Shown one piece after another: positions 1-11,200 of a stretch of DNA of 64,000 bases (positions are counted from its first letter, which is position 1; each line of letters starts with the position of its first letter). The notes beneath the pieces were generated by a model that saw nothing but the letters and a program-made list of their open reading frames with translations, was not told the DNA's origin and ran no database searches. The stretch lies in the IMG/VR virus record IMGVR_UViG_3300033508_000214, positions 1-64,000 of that record. One strand, given 5' to 3'. The stretch comes from a virus. Position numbers and translations under genes: made by a program.

Positions 1-749
1 ACCACGGGTGCAGGGGTTGTTGTTGTGGTAGTCACAGCGTGGTTGTCAACCGTGTCTGTGGTAGCCGCGTTTGTTGACGATGTTGACGTGCTAACTGGGG
101 TGTCATAGCTACCTGAACCGATAGTCCCTGCGCCACTAAGTGACTGATTCGCACTGGTGCTGTATCCGCCATCACCCAAAACACCTGTGCCGTCAAGGCT
201 GGTTGTGGTTGTGGTGTTGTTTGTTGTCGTTGTGACGTTCGCAGCAGGCGCTTGAATCTTGCCAGCCATGATCGTCATTGCCGTTGTCCCCGCGCCCGCA
301 ATGGCAATGTTTGCGCTGTTGCCATTGGCCGCCGTGCTGCCGATGGTGGCCCCCATGCCAGCAAACGTGCTGTTGGTCGATACCGCAACGGCAGCGGCAT
401 TGTTTGACGAGTTGATGGCGACACGGGCGTTTTGCTGGATGCCGTAGATTTGAGTCAGGCCGGGGACTAGCACGCTTGCCCATTGCAAGGCAGTCGTACC
501 AGGCGCTACTGGTGCAGCAATCTGCTGTTGTTGCGCTTGGCCTTGCTGTCCCATGGCAATAGCCATAACCGCAGCGATGCGTGACTGCGGGTCGCCTGTC
601 TCTGCAATCCTTGCAAGTGCGTCATAGCGTGCGGTTTCGGCTGTCGCCCGGCTGGTGGCGATGGCCTCCTGCGCATGAGCGTATTTGTCGTAGTCGGTGG
701 TGCTGCACGCTGACAGAAACAGGGCGATGATCAGGGCAATTATTTTCAT
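1..749 (-). CDS. Predicted lipoprotein, partial (runs off window start)
   Basis: Not in the ORF track. Hand translation from ATG at 749: MKIIALIIALFLSACSTTDYDKYAHAQEAIATSRA..., open to the window edge. Signal peptide with lipobox LSA-C; Thr/Gly-rich C-terminal part. Confidence 0.8.
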   Translation of the reverse strand, partial: MKIIALIIALFLSACSTTDYDKYAHAQEAIATSRATAETARYDALARIAETGDPQSRIAAVMAIAMGQQGQAQQQQIAAPVAPGTTALQWASVLVPGLTQIYGIQQNARVAINSSNNAAAVAVSTNSTFAGMGATIGSTAANGNSANIAIAGAGTTAMTIMAGKIQAPAANVTTTTNNTTTTTSLDGTGVLGDGGYSTSANQSLSGAGTIGSGSYDTPVSTSTSSTNAATTDTVDNHAVTTTTTTPAPV

Positions 750-759
750 GATGATGGCC

Positions 760-1200
760 TTAACGAACAACGCCAGTCAGAATTTCAGCCTTGCGCCCAA
801 CAGCGATCAGACCGAGGTACGTCATGTAGTCCAGCGCATCACTGATGGATTGCAGCGCCAAATCGACATTGGCTGTGCGCGGGTCGTTCATCAGCTCTTG
901 CAAGTCAATAATCACCGGGTCAGCGCTGGCTTTGACTGCGATACGCTCTGTGCTGGTAAACAGCATCTTGTACTCAATGACCGACACTTTTGGCGGGGGT
1001 GTTGGCGCTGCTGGCTCAGGCGGTATGTATTCTGGAATGACGCGCTTTGTCAGCACGCCGTTTGAAAACGTGTCTCCTTGCTCTGCATCATCGGGCACTT
1101 GCACACTGTAAAGCGCGGCGATGTCAGGGTGATAAATCTCGGCAGGGTTGCTGGGAGCGATGTCTCGGATTGCGGCTGCTTCTATCCATGCGTATTTCAT
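760..1200 (-). CDS. Tail-fibre-associated / fibre assembly-like protein
   Basis: Likely start MKYAWIEAAA at 1200, abutting the stop of the Gly-rich gene; Pro-rich linker; lies after the fibre genes. Confidence 0.55.
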   Translation of the reverse strand: MKYAWIEAAAIRDIAPSNPAEIYHPDIAALYSVQVPDDAEQGDTFSNGVLTKRVIPEYIPPEPAAPTPPPKVSVIEYKMLFTSTERIAVKASADPVIIDLQELMNDPRTANVDLALQSISDALDYMTYLGLIAVGRKAEILTGVVR

Positions 1201-1201
1201 A

Positions 1202-2308
1202 TTAGTATCCCTCTGTGTAGTAAAGAATGACCGCGCCATATTTCCCGTAGGAATAGCTGCCGGAGCAACTACCAGCCCCACCACCACCGTAGCTTATGGA
1301 GCCAGCATCGTAATGACCTCCTCCGCTACCTCCGCCAAATACACTCGATGCAGCATAGTTATAAACACCCCCCCCACCACCACCAATGCCTCCTGTGTTG
1401 GCATTGGATGACCCGTTTCCACCCCCACCACCACCAGCCCCAGGGCCGCCGCTTCCGCCGCTTCCGCCTGTGCTGCCGCCAGAACCGCCGCCTCCAGACC
1501 CGCCCAGCGACCTGTTAATTATTTGCAAAAGCTGTTGTTCAGGTGGGTAGCCACTGCCCTGTCCGCCGTTCCCGCTAACACCGGCTAGACCTCCTGCAGC
1601 TAAAAACCCAACTCCACCCATCCCACCGACAGTCGTAGAACTTGTTCCATCAGCACCGCGCCCACCACTTCCCCCACCGCCCCCGCAAGAAGTGGCTACT
1701 GCGGTGTATCCTCCCGGACCTCCAATCCCACCTCCTCCAGCACCGGCATTGACGGCGCTGGATTGACCGCCTACCGCAATCGGTCCCCATCCACCACCAC
1801 CACTGCAAGCACCGGCGATATTGCAGTAACCCCCATTACCTCCAGTGCCGTAGAAAGAGCCAGAACCGCCGCCTCCAGGCGCACCAGAGCCGCCGGTGTC
1901 ACCACCATAGCCGCCATTAGCAGTAAATGCCCCGCGTAACGTGGATGATGCAGTACCCGTACCACCCGCACCTCCAGACGTGTTGGAAGCTGCTACGCCT
2001 CCGGTTGCAGTTAACATGCTGCCAAAAGAAGATGTCCCCGCCGAGCTACCTATCGTGATAGTTGGCAGTTTCTGTCCTGGGACTACATCAACTATCCCAA
2101 AAGCGAAGCCGCCTCCTCCACCTCCGCCACGGCTAGATTGTGAGCCCCCTCCACCACCCCAAACAGCTACACCAATCTGATGGACATTTAGAGGTACAAC
2201 CTCATCTGAAGTGGTAGTAGTAATCAGCTTGGCGCTTTTCCACTCTGGCGGTTTTACCCGTGTGGGGGCATTAGGAGGCAACGGGTAGCCGTATGATCCT
2301 TTGTTCAT
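1202..2308 (-). CDS. Glycine-rich virion/tail fibre protein
   Basis: 368 aa with long GGGGG runs, VAVWGGGGG and C-terminal GAVILYY motifs typical of phage Gly-rich fibre domains. Confidence 0.65.
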   Translation of the reverse strand: MNKGSYGYPLPPNAPTRVKPPEWKSAKLITTTTSDEVVPLNVHQIGVAVWGGGGGSQSSRGGGGGGGFAFGIVDVVPGQKLPTITIGSSAGTSSFGSMLTATGGVAASNTSGGAGGTGTASSTLRGAFTANGGYGGDTGGSGAPGGGGSGSFYGTGGNGGYCNIAGACSGGGGWGPIAVGGQSSAVNAGAGGGGIGGPGGYTAVATSCGGGGGSGGRGADGTSSTTVGGMGGVGFLAAGGLAGVSGNGGQGSGYPPEQQLLQIINRSLGGSGGGGSGGSTGGSGGSGGPGAGGGGGGNGSSNANTGGIGGGGGGVYNYAASSVFGGGSGGGHYDAGSISYGGGGAGSCSGSYSYGKYGAVILYYTEGY

Positions 2309-2686
2309 TTAGAAGTCTCCTGCGCTGATGGCGGTTAATTTGAATGTTTCTGCATTGTTTGTGTTGCAGGTAACGACCACACCTGCAGCCAGAATTAGTC
2401 CGTTCTCAAACACAATGTCAGCAGCCCAGCCTGGCACAGTGCCTGACGGGGTGACAGCCTGCACAGGCAGTTCGTAAACCAACGAGTTGCCTACAAATAG
2501 GCGCACCATACCCGCTGTGGTGGTCGTGGCCGCACAGACTCGAATGCGGTCAATGCGCGACCCGCTGGCACCTGCTGTCATTAAAGTACCGTAGGTGCCG
2601 GTTGAACCATCGCGGTATGTGTTCTCTGTGGAGATAGACACGGTCGGCGATTTTGGTGTGCCGATGTATTGGGGTGACGATGCCAT
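2309..2686 (-). CDS. Small beta-rich tail accessory protein
   Basis: 125 aa, translationally coupled to both neighbours in the fibre cluster. Confidence 0.55.
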   Translation of the reverse strand: MASSPQYIGTPKSPTVSISTENTYRDGSTGTYGTLMTAGASGSRIDRIRVCAATTTTAGMVRLFVGNSLVYELPVQAVTPSGTVPGWAADIVFENGLILAAGVVVTCNTNNAETFKLTAISAGDF

Positions 2687-4872
2687 TAGATAACTCCTAA
2701 CTCAAAAAGTGGTAGAACTGAAATGGTGACTGCACCGGCCATGCTGTTAACACTAGTAACAAAGCCTGTTCCGGTTGGGTTATTGATGACTGGTGCTGTC
2801 AGGGTTTTGTTGGTGAGGGCCTGTGCCGTTGTCAAATCAACAATCCCAGTCAACGCACCGGTCTGGCCGTTTACGCTGGAGACACCCCCAGCAATCACCA
2901 AGTCCGTGCTGCCCAGTAGGCTGTTGCCGTTGACGGTTCGGATGTTGGTGCCAGACACCAGCACATCCTGCACTGTCACCGCCCCGGTTGCGCCGTTGAC
3001 GCTGGTGACACCACTATCAATCACCAAGTCCGTGCTACCCAACAAGCTGTTGCCGTTGACGGTGCGGATGTTGGCACCAGACACCAGCACATCCTGCGCG
3101 CCAACTTCAGCAGCGGTGTAACTTGGCTTGGTGGCGGCTTTGGCCCAGGCGGATACGTCAGACGCAGGGAGCGTGGTAGGGATGATCTGATCGCCGGTGT
3201 TGCTGCCACTCGCTGTTCCTGTTCCGGTGGCGTAAGTGCCAGCGGGCTGTTTTGCATTCCAGAAAGCTTTTTCAGCATCTGTTACAAATCGATTACTAGT
3301 ATCCTGTGCAATAATACTAGCGGGATGGTTTGCTGGATGGGTATAAGCTGTAGCCCCTATCGCAATACCATCAAGTTTAGTTTTATCTCCCCCTGTCATA
3401 AATCCCGCTACAGTAGTAGTAGCACTAGCATGAGAAGTACCACCGGTGCCTATATGTGCAATAGGGGTAGAAGCAGCAGTAGCTGCATTAAGGGTAGCAG
3501 TATCCGCAGTAGCCTGAGCAGTAGAAACCGGCTTATTAACATCACTAGTATTATCTACATTTGCTAATCCTATGTCAGCTTTTACTAATGTAACTACCCC
3601 TACTTTTCCAGCTACTGAAGCTACAGTATCTGAACTATCGATTTTATCCCAAGTACTACCATTGTATATAATAGAATCATTAATATCATAAGAAATACTA
3701 CTAACAGTACCCGCAATACTAACTTTGTAGTAGTCACCAAGTGCTGGAGTACTAGGATATACACCCGTATCTGCAGACCAGCTACCTCTGTATACTAATT
3801 GACCTGTTACTGAGGTAGCAGCTTGTTGTGCCCAATATTTTGCGGAGTATTCACCTGCAGATACTGGGGTAACTAGTTGAGTTGCCCAGTTTTGGGCTAA
3901 GGTAGATGAAGCAGAAGACGTAGCTGCTGAGGTAGCTGCATTAGTAGCACTTGTACTTGCTTCGGCTGCTTTAGTAGTTGCTGTAGCTGCTGAGGTATCT
4001 GCATTAGTAGCACTTATACTTGCTTCAGCTGCTTTAGTAGTTGCTGTAGTTGTTGCGGTAGCTGCATTAGTAGCACTTGTACTTGCTTCAGCTGCTTTAG
4101 TAGTTGCTGTAGATGCTTCGGTAGCTGCATTAGTAGCACTTGTACTTGCTTCAGCCGCTTTATTAGTTGCTGTAGTTGCTGCGGTAGCTGCATTAGTAGC
4201 ATAGGTTGCAGAAGCACTTACTGAATCATTATATAAAAATAAATCCCATGAATCTAATAATGATGGTTCTTTATTATTAGAAGAAGTATTTGCTATATAT
4301 AAATGATTAGTAATAGTAGAAGCTACTACATCATTTGGGTTATAAAATGATGCGTTTGACCAGTTACCCTTAAACATAATACCTGTGTCACCCTTACCTG
4401 CCATAACCATCCAATTAGCAGATGGTGGGGAACTATTTGTACTAGGGGATACTGCTATATATGAGGTATTATTTAATGATACTACATCATTTGAAATATA
4501 TGTAGCTGTGCTACTCCAAGTACCTCTAGGAGTAAACCCTATCTGTGCAGGAGTAGCTGCATTAATATAAATTGAGGCAATAGCTGTTATACTATTAGAC
4601 TCACTAGCAGACAGTATTAATGAATCACCTGCCATAATATTAATAGGTTTTGGCCAGGTAAATAAATTATTAGCAGCTATTGTGTATGCTGTACCAGTTA
4701 TACTAGTAATAGTACCTAATTCCTGTGAAAATACCTTAATATGAATAGTCTTATCTGAATTAGATGTATTAGAGACTACTAGTCCATGTATAGACCCACT
4801 TTGAGTCACAGGACAAGTAAATACTACAGTATCTGTAGTATTTACTAATACTATTTTTTCTAAAAATGCCAT
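2686..4872 (-). CDS. Tail fibre protein
   Basis: 728 aa; W-x4-Y-x2-NDVV repeats, 14-aa ATTKAAEASTSATN repeats, SVAGK/SVNG fibre motifs, duplicated QDVLVSGxNIRTVNGNSLLGSTDLVI segment. Confidence 0.75.
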   Translation of the reverse strand: MAFLEKIVLVNTTDTVVFTCPVTQSGSIHGLVVSNTSNSDKTIHIKVFSQELGTITSITGTAYTIAANNLFTWPKPINIMAGDSLILSASESNSITAIASIYINAATPAQIGFTPRGTWSSTATYISNDVVSLNNTSYIAVSPSTNSSPPSANWMVMAGKGDTGIMFKGNWSNASFYNPNDVVASTITNHLYIANTSSNNKEPSLLDSWDLFLYNDSVSASATYATNAATAATTATNKAAEASTSATNAATEASTATTKAAEASTSATNAATATTTATTKAAEASISATNADTSAATATTKAAEASTSATNAATSAATSSASSTLAQNWATQLVTPVSAGEYSAKYWAQQAATSVTGQLVYRGSWSADTGVYPSTPALGDYYKVSIAGTVSSISYDINDSIIYNGSTWDKIDSSDTVASVAGKVGVVTLVKADIGLANVDNTSDVNKPVSTAQATADTATLNAATAASTPIAHIGTGGTSHASATTTVAGFMTGGDKTKLDGIAIGATAYTHPANHPASIIAQDTSNRFVTDAEKAFWNAKQPAGTYATGTGTASGSNTGDQIIPTTLPASDVSAWAKAATKPSYTAAEVGAQDVLVSGANIRTVNGNSLLGSTDLVIDSGVTSVNGATGAVTVQDVLVSGTNIRTVNGNSLLGSTDLVIAGGVSSVNGQTGALTGIVDLTTAQALTNKTLTAPVINNPTGTGFVTSVNSMAGAVTISVLPLFELGVI

Positions 4873-4875
4873 ATA

Positions 4876-7005
4876 TTATGCCCCAAAAACTAGTGATAAT
4901 GCTACAGGATCTTGATACCCTATAATATCTGATGTATTTAAAGTTACAGTACCTATTTTACCTGCTACAGATAGTATTAAGTTTCCTGCTGACGCCTGTC
5001 TTGCTGATAAATCTGCATCTATGGCAGATTGTAAAGCTTCTGCTGCTTTTGTAGTAGCTATTGAAGCATTACTAATAGTTACGTTCATACTATTAATTGT
5101 AGCTACTTTAGCAGTTACTGCTTCAGTAGATGCTGTAACTGCTGTACCTGCGGCGGTTACCGCTACATCTTTATTACTAGCAGAAGTGACAGCAGAAATT
5201 TCCGCACTTATAGCATATGTAGCAGCATCTGCTGCTTTAGTAGTTGATAAAGCCGCTTGATTAGTAGCAGTAGTAGCAGATATAGCTGCTTCTGCGGCTT
5301 TAGTAGTCGCTAAAGCGGCTTGATCAGTGGCAGTAGTGGCTTGGTCAGTAGCAGTAGCAGCAGATATAGCTGCTTCTGCGGCTTTAGCAGTCGATATACC
5401 TGCCTGGCTAGTAGCAGTAGTAGCAGATGTAGCAGCATCTGCTGCTTTAGTAGTTGATAAAGCCGCTTGATTAGTAGCAGTAGAAGCAGATGTAACTGCT
5501 TCTGCGGCTTTAGTAGTCGATATACCTGCCTGGCTAGTAGCAGTAGCAGCAGATGTAGCTGCTTCTGTGGCTTTAGTAGTTGATACAGTAGCTTGATCAG
5601 TAGCAGTAGTAGCAGATGTAGCTGCTTCTGTAGCTTTAGTAGTTGATAAAGTAGCTTGACTAGTTGATACAGTAGCTTGGTCAGTAGCAGTAGTAGCAGA
5701 TGTAACTGCTTCTGCGGCTTTAGTAGTCGATATACCTGCCTGGTTATTAGCAGTAGTAGCAGATGTAACTGCTTCTGCGGCTTTAGTAGTCGCTAAAGCA
5801 GCTTGATCAGTGGCAGTAGTAGCAGATGTAGCTGCTTCCGTGGATTTAATAGTTGCTAAAGCAGCTTGATCAGTGGCAGTAGTAGCAGATGTAGCAGCAT
5901 CTGCTGCTTTAGTAGTTGATAAAGCCGCTTGATTAGTAGCAGTAGTAGCAGATATAGCTGCTTCTGCGGCTTTAGTAGTCGCTAAAGCGGCTTGATCAGT
6001 GGCAGTAGTGGCTGATGTAGCTGCCTCATCCCTACTTATACTGGCAGATATAGATGCAGATATAGACTGTATTGGAGCCCATATACTACCTGACCACGTA
6101 TTCATTTCATTAGTAGTAGTATTCCAGTACATAGCTCCTAATAATAAAGTATTATTATTATTATCTAGTAATGGGCCTGAAGACTTATTTCCTAAATACT
6201 TACTAATAAAATTATTATACAGCTCTACTGTGTTATTAGCGTTAACTGTAGATATAGTTGCTTTATCTACAGTTACTATCTCAGATGCTTTAGCGCTAAT
6301 CTCTGAAGCTTTCGCGGCTAATTCAGAAACTTTTGAGGCATCTTCAGATACTTTTGAAGCAATTTTTGAACTGTTAGCAGAAACTTCCGAAGCACTACTA
6401 GCTACTTCAGAAGCCTTTGCAGCATTTGCAGATGCTAATGCTGCAGTAGCACTAGCGGTTGCACTAGAAGCAGGAGCATCCCAATTGTTACCATTATAAA
6501 ATTTTACACTGCTTAGAGTAGTATTATAGTAAACGGTTCCTGCTAGTATAGGAAACCCATCATTATCTAGAGTTGGGTCGGATGCTTTTGCCCCTAAAAA
6601 TCTATCATCAAAGGTATCAAATATTTGATTGACAGAACTTAAACTAGCTGAGGCACTAGTGGCTGCTACATTAGCACTAGTTGCAGCACTACTAGCAGTA
6701 GAAGCACTAGTACTGGCCTCATTAGCCTTGGTAGTACTAGTAGTAGCACTTACTAGTGCATTTGCTTCACTAGTAAGTGCCGCTGCAGCTTTATTAGTAG
6801 ATATAGTAGCATACTGACTAGCAGTAGTTGCACTATTTAAAGCGCTAGAAGCAGAACTGGACGCACTAGTAGCACTATTTAAGACTTCGGCTACTTTACT
6901 ATCGATAGTTGCTAAGTTTGTACCTATTCCCGCTATTTGACTAGCAGTAGCCAAAGTATTAAGTATATCTATATAATCAGTTTGACCAGAATAAAAAACT
7001 GTCAT
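4876..7005 (-). CDS. Ala/Thr-rich side tail fibre (coiled-coil shaft)
   Basis: 709 aa; tandem AEAATSATTATDQAALATTKA repeats, two YLGxKxSxPxLDN..YxN motifs, C-terminal SVAGKIG motif. Confidence 0.7.
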   Translation of the reverse strand: MTVFYSGQTDYIDILNTLATASQIAGIGTNLATIDSKVAEVLNSATSASSSASSALNSATTASQYATISTNKAAAALTSEANALVSATTSTTKANEASTSASTASSAATSANVAATSASASLSSVNQIFDTFDDRFLGAKASDPTLDNDGFPILAGTVYYNTTLSSVKFYNGNNWDAPASSATASATAALASANAAKASEVASSASEVSANSSKIASKVSEDASKVSELAAKASEISAKASEIVTVDKATISTVNANNTVELYNNFISKYLGNKSSGPLLDNNNNTLLLGAMYWNTTTNEMNTWSGSIWAPIQSISASISASISRDEAATSATTATDQAALATTKAAEAAISATTATNQAALSTTKAADAATSATTATDQAALATIKSTEAATSATTATDQAALATTKAAEAVTSATTANNQAGISTTKAAEAVTSATTATDQATVSTSQATLSTTKATEAATSATTATDQATVSTTKATEAATSAATATSQAGISTTKAAEAVTSASTATNQAALSTTKAADAATSATTATSQAGISTAKAAEAAISAATATDQATTATDQAALATTKAAEAAISATTATNQAALSTTKAADAATYAISAEISAVTSASNKDVAVTAAGTAVTASTEAVTAKVATINSMNVTISNASIATTKAAEALQSAIDADLSARQASAGNLILSVAGKIGTVTLNTSDIIGYQDPVALSLVFGA

Positions 7006-7841
7006 TAAATCTCCTCTATATCAACACTAGTACTATACATACTAAAGATTGGATGTGTAATATCCCCTAATTGAGATAGTTTACCATATATTTGATGAGA
7101 CTGTTCTTTATTTGAATCTTCGTCATTTGGAAATAAACTAATAAATAAAGGTTTTGGAATCCCACTACCGCGCATAATTTGTGTAATAGATAACCTATCA
7201 GCAGCATTTAAGTATTTTAAGTCAAAGTTCATAGTATTATACCTAATACCTCTATTAGTTTGAAGATCTCCTGACTCTGTACGAGTGTGTTCACTAAGAT
7301 CTTTCATACTTGTTGATAGACCGAATTCAGTATTGTACAGCGGAGACCAATAACTACCTATAACTAATCTTGATAATTCTAAGTAAGAGGAAGCATTATT
7401 CGAATCATTAATAGTAATAACTAACTTATTACAAGAAATTTGACCCTCGGTGAACCATATTCTACCATATGCACCACCACCATAAGAGTAGCTATTAGAA
7501 CCTAGGGGTAATACCCCCCAGTCCCATAAGCCTAGCCCTGAATAGGGACAGGCTGTAGTACTATAGGTTTTTAGTAAAGAAGCTCCAGTATATATCTGAA
7601 CTGTAAGTATAGCTGTACTGCTAAGATTACAAAAAGGTAGTATGATACCACCTATAATAGACTGAGTGAAAGTTACTGTAATAGTCTCACTAGACTTTCC
7701 GTTTGACCTCCATACTAGGGATTTAGTGTCTTTCTTGAGATTAGCTACGTTAGTTGTACCTGCAGTACTGGATGCAGAAAATGTAGTTGAACTAGCGTCA
7801 ACTACATTTTGGTATATAATTCTTAAATTATTTCTTGCCAT
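7005..7841 (-). CDS. Tail tip / distal tail-like protein
   Basis: 278 aa, beta-rich; lies between the central fibre and side fibres; has its own promoter. Confidence 0.5.
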   Translation of the reverse strand: MARNNLRIIYQNVVDASSTTFSASSTAGTTNVANLKKDTKSLVWRSNGKSSETITVTFTQSIIGGIILPFCNLSSTAILTVQIYTGASLLKTYSTTACPYSGLGLWDWGVLPLGSNSYSYGGGAYGRIWFTEGQISCNKLVITINDSNNASSYLELSRLVIGSYWSPLYNTEFGLSTSMKDLSEHTRTESGDLQTNRGIRYNTMNFDLKYLNAADRLSITQIMRGSGIPKPLFISLFPNDEDSNKEQSHQIYGKLSQLGDITHPIFSMYSTSVDIEEI

Positions 7842-7869
7842 TTTTTCCTTCCCAGGTACATTTTTAACT

Positions 7870-7898
7870 ATTATATCACTTTAGCTAATATCGCGCAA
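7870..7898 (-). promoter_or_regulatory. Sigma70-type promoter
   Basis: Minus strand TTGCGC-N17-TATAAT upstream of the ATG at 7841. Confidence 0.65.
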
Positions 7899-7910
7899 GT
7901 ATAAAATTTT

Positions 7911-8252
7911 TTATGCTTGTGCTACTTGAGTAGCATCTCTTTCTTCTGCTGTTTGTAAATATAGACTGTATAAAATTACGTATAACTCTGCATGTGGTAT
8001 GTTTGTACCAGTTAGTTCTCCCGTGTAAGGGTTTCTAAGAGGTATAATACCGTTGGTAGGGTCGAAGTACTTAACACAGTTACCGTAGGGTAATATACTA
8101 CTTGTACCATCAATATTTATAAGTTTTTCTTCTTGAAATACTGCTACAGCCTTATTTGAAGTATTAACTTCTCTACTAGGATTTGTAATATTAATATTAC
8201 AACAGCGTACCCAGCTAGTTCCAGATAAATTTGTTTCTTTATAATTTGCCAT
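7911..8252 (-). CDS. Hypothetical tail-associated protein
   Basis: 113 aa; overlaps the end of the central fibre gene. Confidence 0.6.
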   Translation of the reverse strand: MANYKETNLSGTSWVRCCNINITNPSREVNTSNKAVAVFQEEKLINIDGTSSILPYGNCVKYFDPTNGIIPLRNPYTGELTGTNIPHAELYVILYSLYLQTAEERDATQVAQA

Positions 8253-11200
8253 TCTTTAGCTCCTGTAATTCTACTTCTAAAATACTAACTTTACTAGTTA
8301 ATTCCTGTAAAGCTTTTACTATTGGAGATATTAAAGATACATAGTCTATACCTCTAGTACCATCTTCGTTTGTTATCCTTAGGCTATCATTAGTACTATC
8401 TAAATCTATATCGTCTAAATCTTGCGCAATAAATCCATGAAAATCTATAGGCCCAGTACGTAGTTTATACCTTACAGGCTTTAGTTTAAGTATAAATTCT
8501 ATACCAAGTTTTTCAGGTACTATTGCCTCCTTTAATCTTCTATCTGAAGTAGCCTCATATCTAACTGTAGCACTACCTACTACACTACTAAACCTGTATC
8601 CACTTATAGTGCTACTTGTAAAAGTTAATCCACTAGTTGCATTAACGCCAGTATACCCAGCGTCAGTTAAAGCTCCATTACAATATACTCCAATATGGTT
8701 ATGTGTTGCTGTAGCATATACGCCTGAGTGGTTATGACCAGTTAATGAAAATGCACTCGCTAACTTTCCACCTAAATAATTAGCATTTAAATTAGTACAC
8801 ATTGTAGTAGAATAAGTAACGCTTATAGGCACTACTCCTGCAGCAGCGTCACACCTTATAGTACCGAAATCTGATGGTCCATTTGAAGAAATCCCTGTTC
8901 CACCAGCATTTGGATAAAATTTACCTGCTGTACCAGTACTAGTACAAGTAGCATATACTCCAGTACTACCTAGAGCTGCTCCAGAAGCCCAAACTGCCAT
9001 ACTAGAGGCAGACCCAGATCTAGCGTATATACCCACATTTGCTGTACTATTAGGATTAGCAGAAAGTGCGACAGAGTGTCCGGAAGGTGCATAGCTACCA
9101 GAGTATACTCCACCAAAAATTGCAGAACCAGTAATATCAATACTACTATCGCCTTTGATAGCCCCTTTAATATCTAAGTCAGTACCATTCCAGGTTAGGT
9201 ATTTAGCTGAACTACCTACGGAAAACTTAGGGGTACCACTATCATTACCTAGAAAAAATCCTGCAGTTGTATCAGCAGAACTAGCTTTTCCTGAGTGAAT
9301 ATTTCCACCAGAAGCTATATTAAGCACCCCTACATTTGCACTTACTGCTTGTAAAGAATCTACTTTAAAAGTAGCTAAATAAGGTGAACCCCATACAGTT
9401 TGATTAGAGTAACTTGGGCTACCACTAGGGTAATAATTTCCATCTACTACCCATAAAGTATACGTAGTACTAGCAGTACTTGTAGATACTGTAGGTAACG
9501 TAGTACTCCATATACTTCCAGGTCCCGCATCTCCTCCTATAGTAACTGGCACACCTATTGGTGTTCCAGAAGCAGCAGGTGGAGTAGAAGTTACCACTGT
9601 GTATGCCTTTCTAGCTCCGGCACCTTGTATACCTATACTACCATCCTGTCTATAACCAATACTACCAATACTACCAGTACTCCAGTTAAAAGTAGTACTA
9701 GTAACTGAAGCTAGTGCAGTTACTGTGACTGACCACATATATAGTGTGTACCCGGATCCTGGGGATGTAATTGCTGCTGTATCCCAGCCAGAAGGTATTG
9801 GGGTTGCAGTATTTGTAGACCAGGTAAGCGTACTCTGCACACTAGAAGTTGTTTGTGTAGAGGCAGCCCACTTAAATATAGATAGTGTTACAGCCTTTGT
9901 AGCCTCGTCACCTTTAGCTCCAGTATCCCCTTGCTTAGCCTTAGTAATAGTAAATATGCAAGTAATATCACTATAATTAGCTTTACTAGCTACTATAGTA
10001 ACGGTGCTTACTGCAGCTGTTACTTGGGATACAGTTTGAGTTCTACCAGAATTAGTACTACTGCAAATAACTCCAGTAGAAGTAGTAACTACGTAGTTCC
10101 AGTTAGTTGAATCATCAATACCTGCTACATATACTGTCATAGTAGTATTACATCCAGTATAATCTGCTACACCTGCAGTAGTTACTGGTACTACGTGTGT
10201 ATCGTTACTTAAATTAGCGGTTATACCTCCAGCCTGACCTTTAGTAATAGTAAATATACAGGTTACATCTGAATAAACATACTGTTTATGTTTAGCTACT
10301 ATAGTAACTGTACTTAATGCAGCTGTTACCTGAGATATAGTCTGAGTTCTACCAGAATTAGTACTACTGCAAATAACTCCAGTAGATGTAGTAGGTATAA
10401 AAGTCCAATTATTAGAATCATCCTTTGCCCCCACACTTACAGTCATTGTAGTATTGCATCCTACATAATTAGGGGTACCGCTTACTAGTATTGGTAATAC
10501 ATGACTATCATTACTTAATTGACCTATAGCAGCATCAATACCTGCGGCAATTCTGCTGAATGTCTGGTCTTTAGTTACGCTAAATGCTACACCTTTTAAA
10601 TCTGTTCCTGTAATAGTATACCTAATAGTAGCTACTGCGGCAGTTATATTACTAGGACTAGCAGCAATTGCATATTTTATCAAACTTGTAGAACTAGATA
10701 ACGAACCAGGGCTAATTCCCGTAGTACCACTAGTATTACTAGATATTTTCCATGTACCAGCTATAGTACCTAAGGTATCGTAAACTAGCTCAGTAGCACC
10801 TTGATATACATGAATATCAGTACCAGCATTAGTATATACACCTGCAGTATTACTAGAATTTACAGGTATAGAGCAAGAGTCATTAGTTAGATTAACAACG
10901 ATACTATTAGAGTTTTTAAATAGTATGGGTATTATTTCTGTATCTAGCACTTCAGTACTAGATACAGTTGCATATAATTTATATGTTACATCTAAAATAT
11001 TTTCACTGTCTGAAATGGGTGTATCTAATATATTTGAGGAGTTTATCCTATTTCCAACAGCTTTGCTACCTAATTGTGTGCTAACATACCCATACAGTTG
11101 AGCTAACGAGTTTCCTGTCTTTGAATAACCTCTTACCAGTGTAGTAGAGTGTTTACCTGATTGAGCAGCACTTACAGCATCTTTTACTATTGTATCAGCT

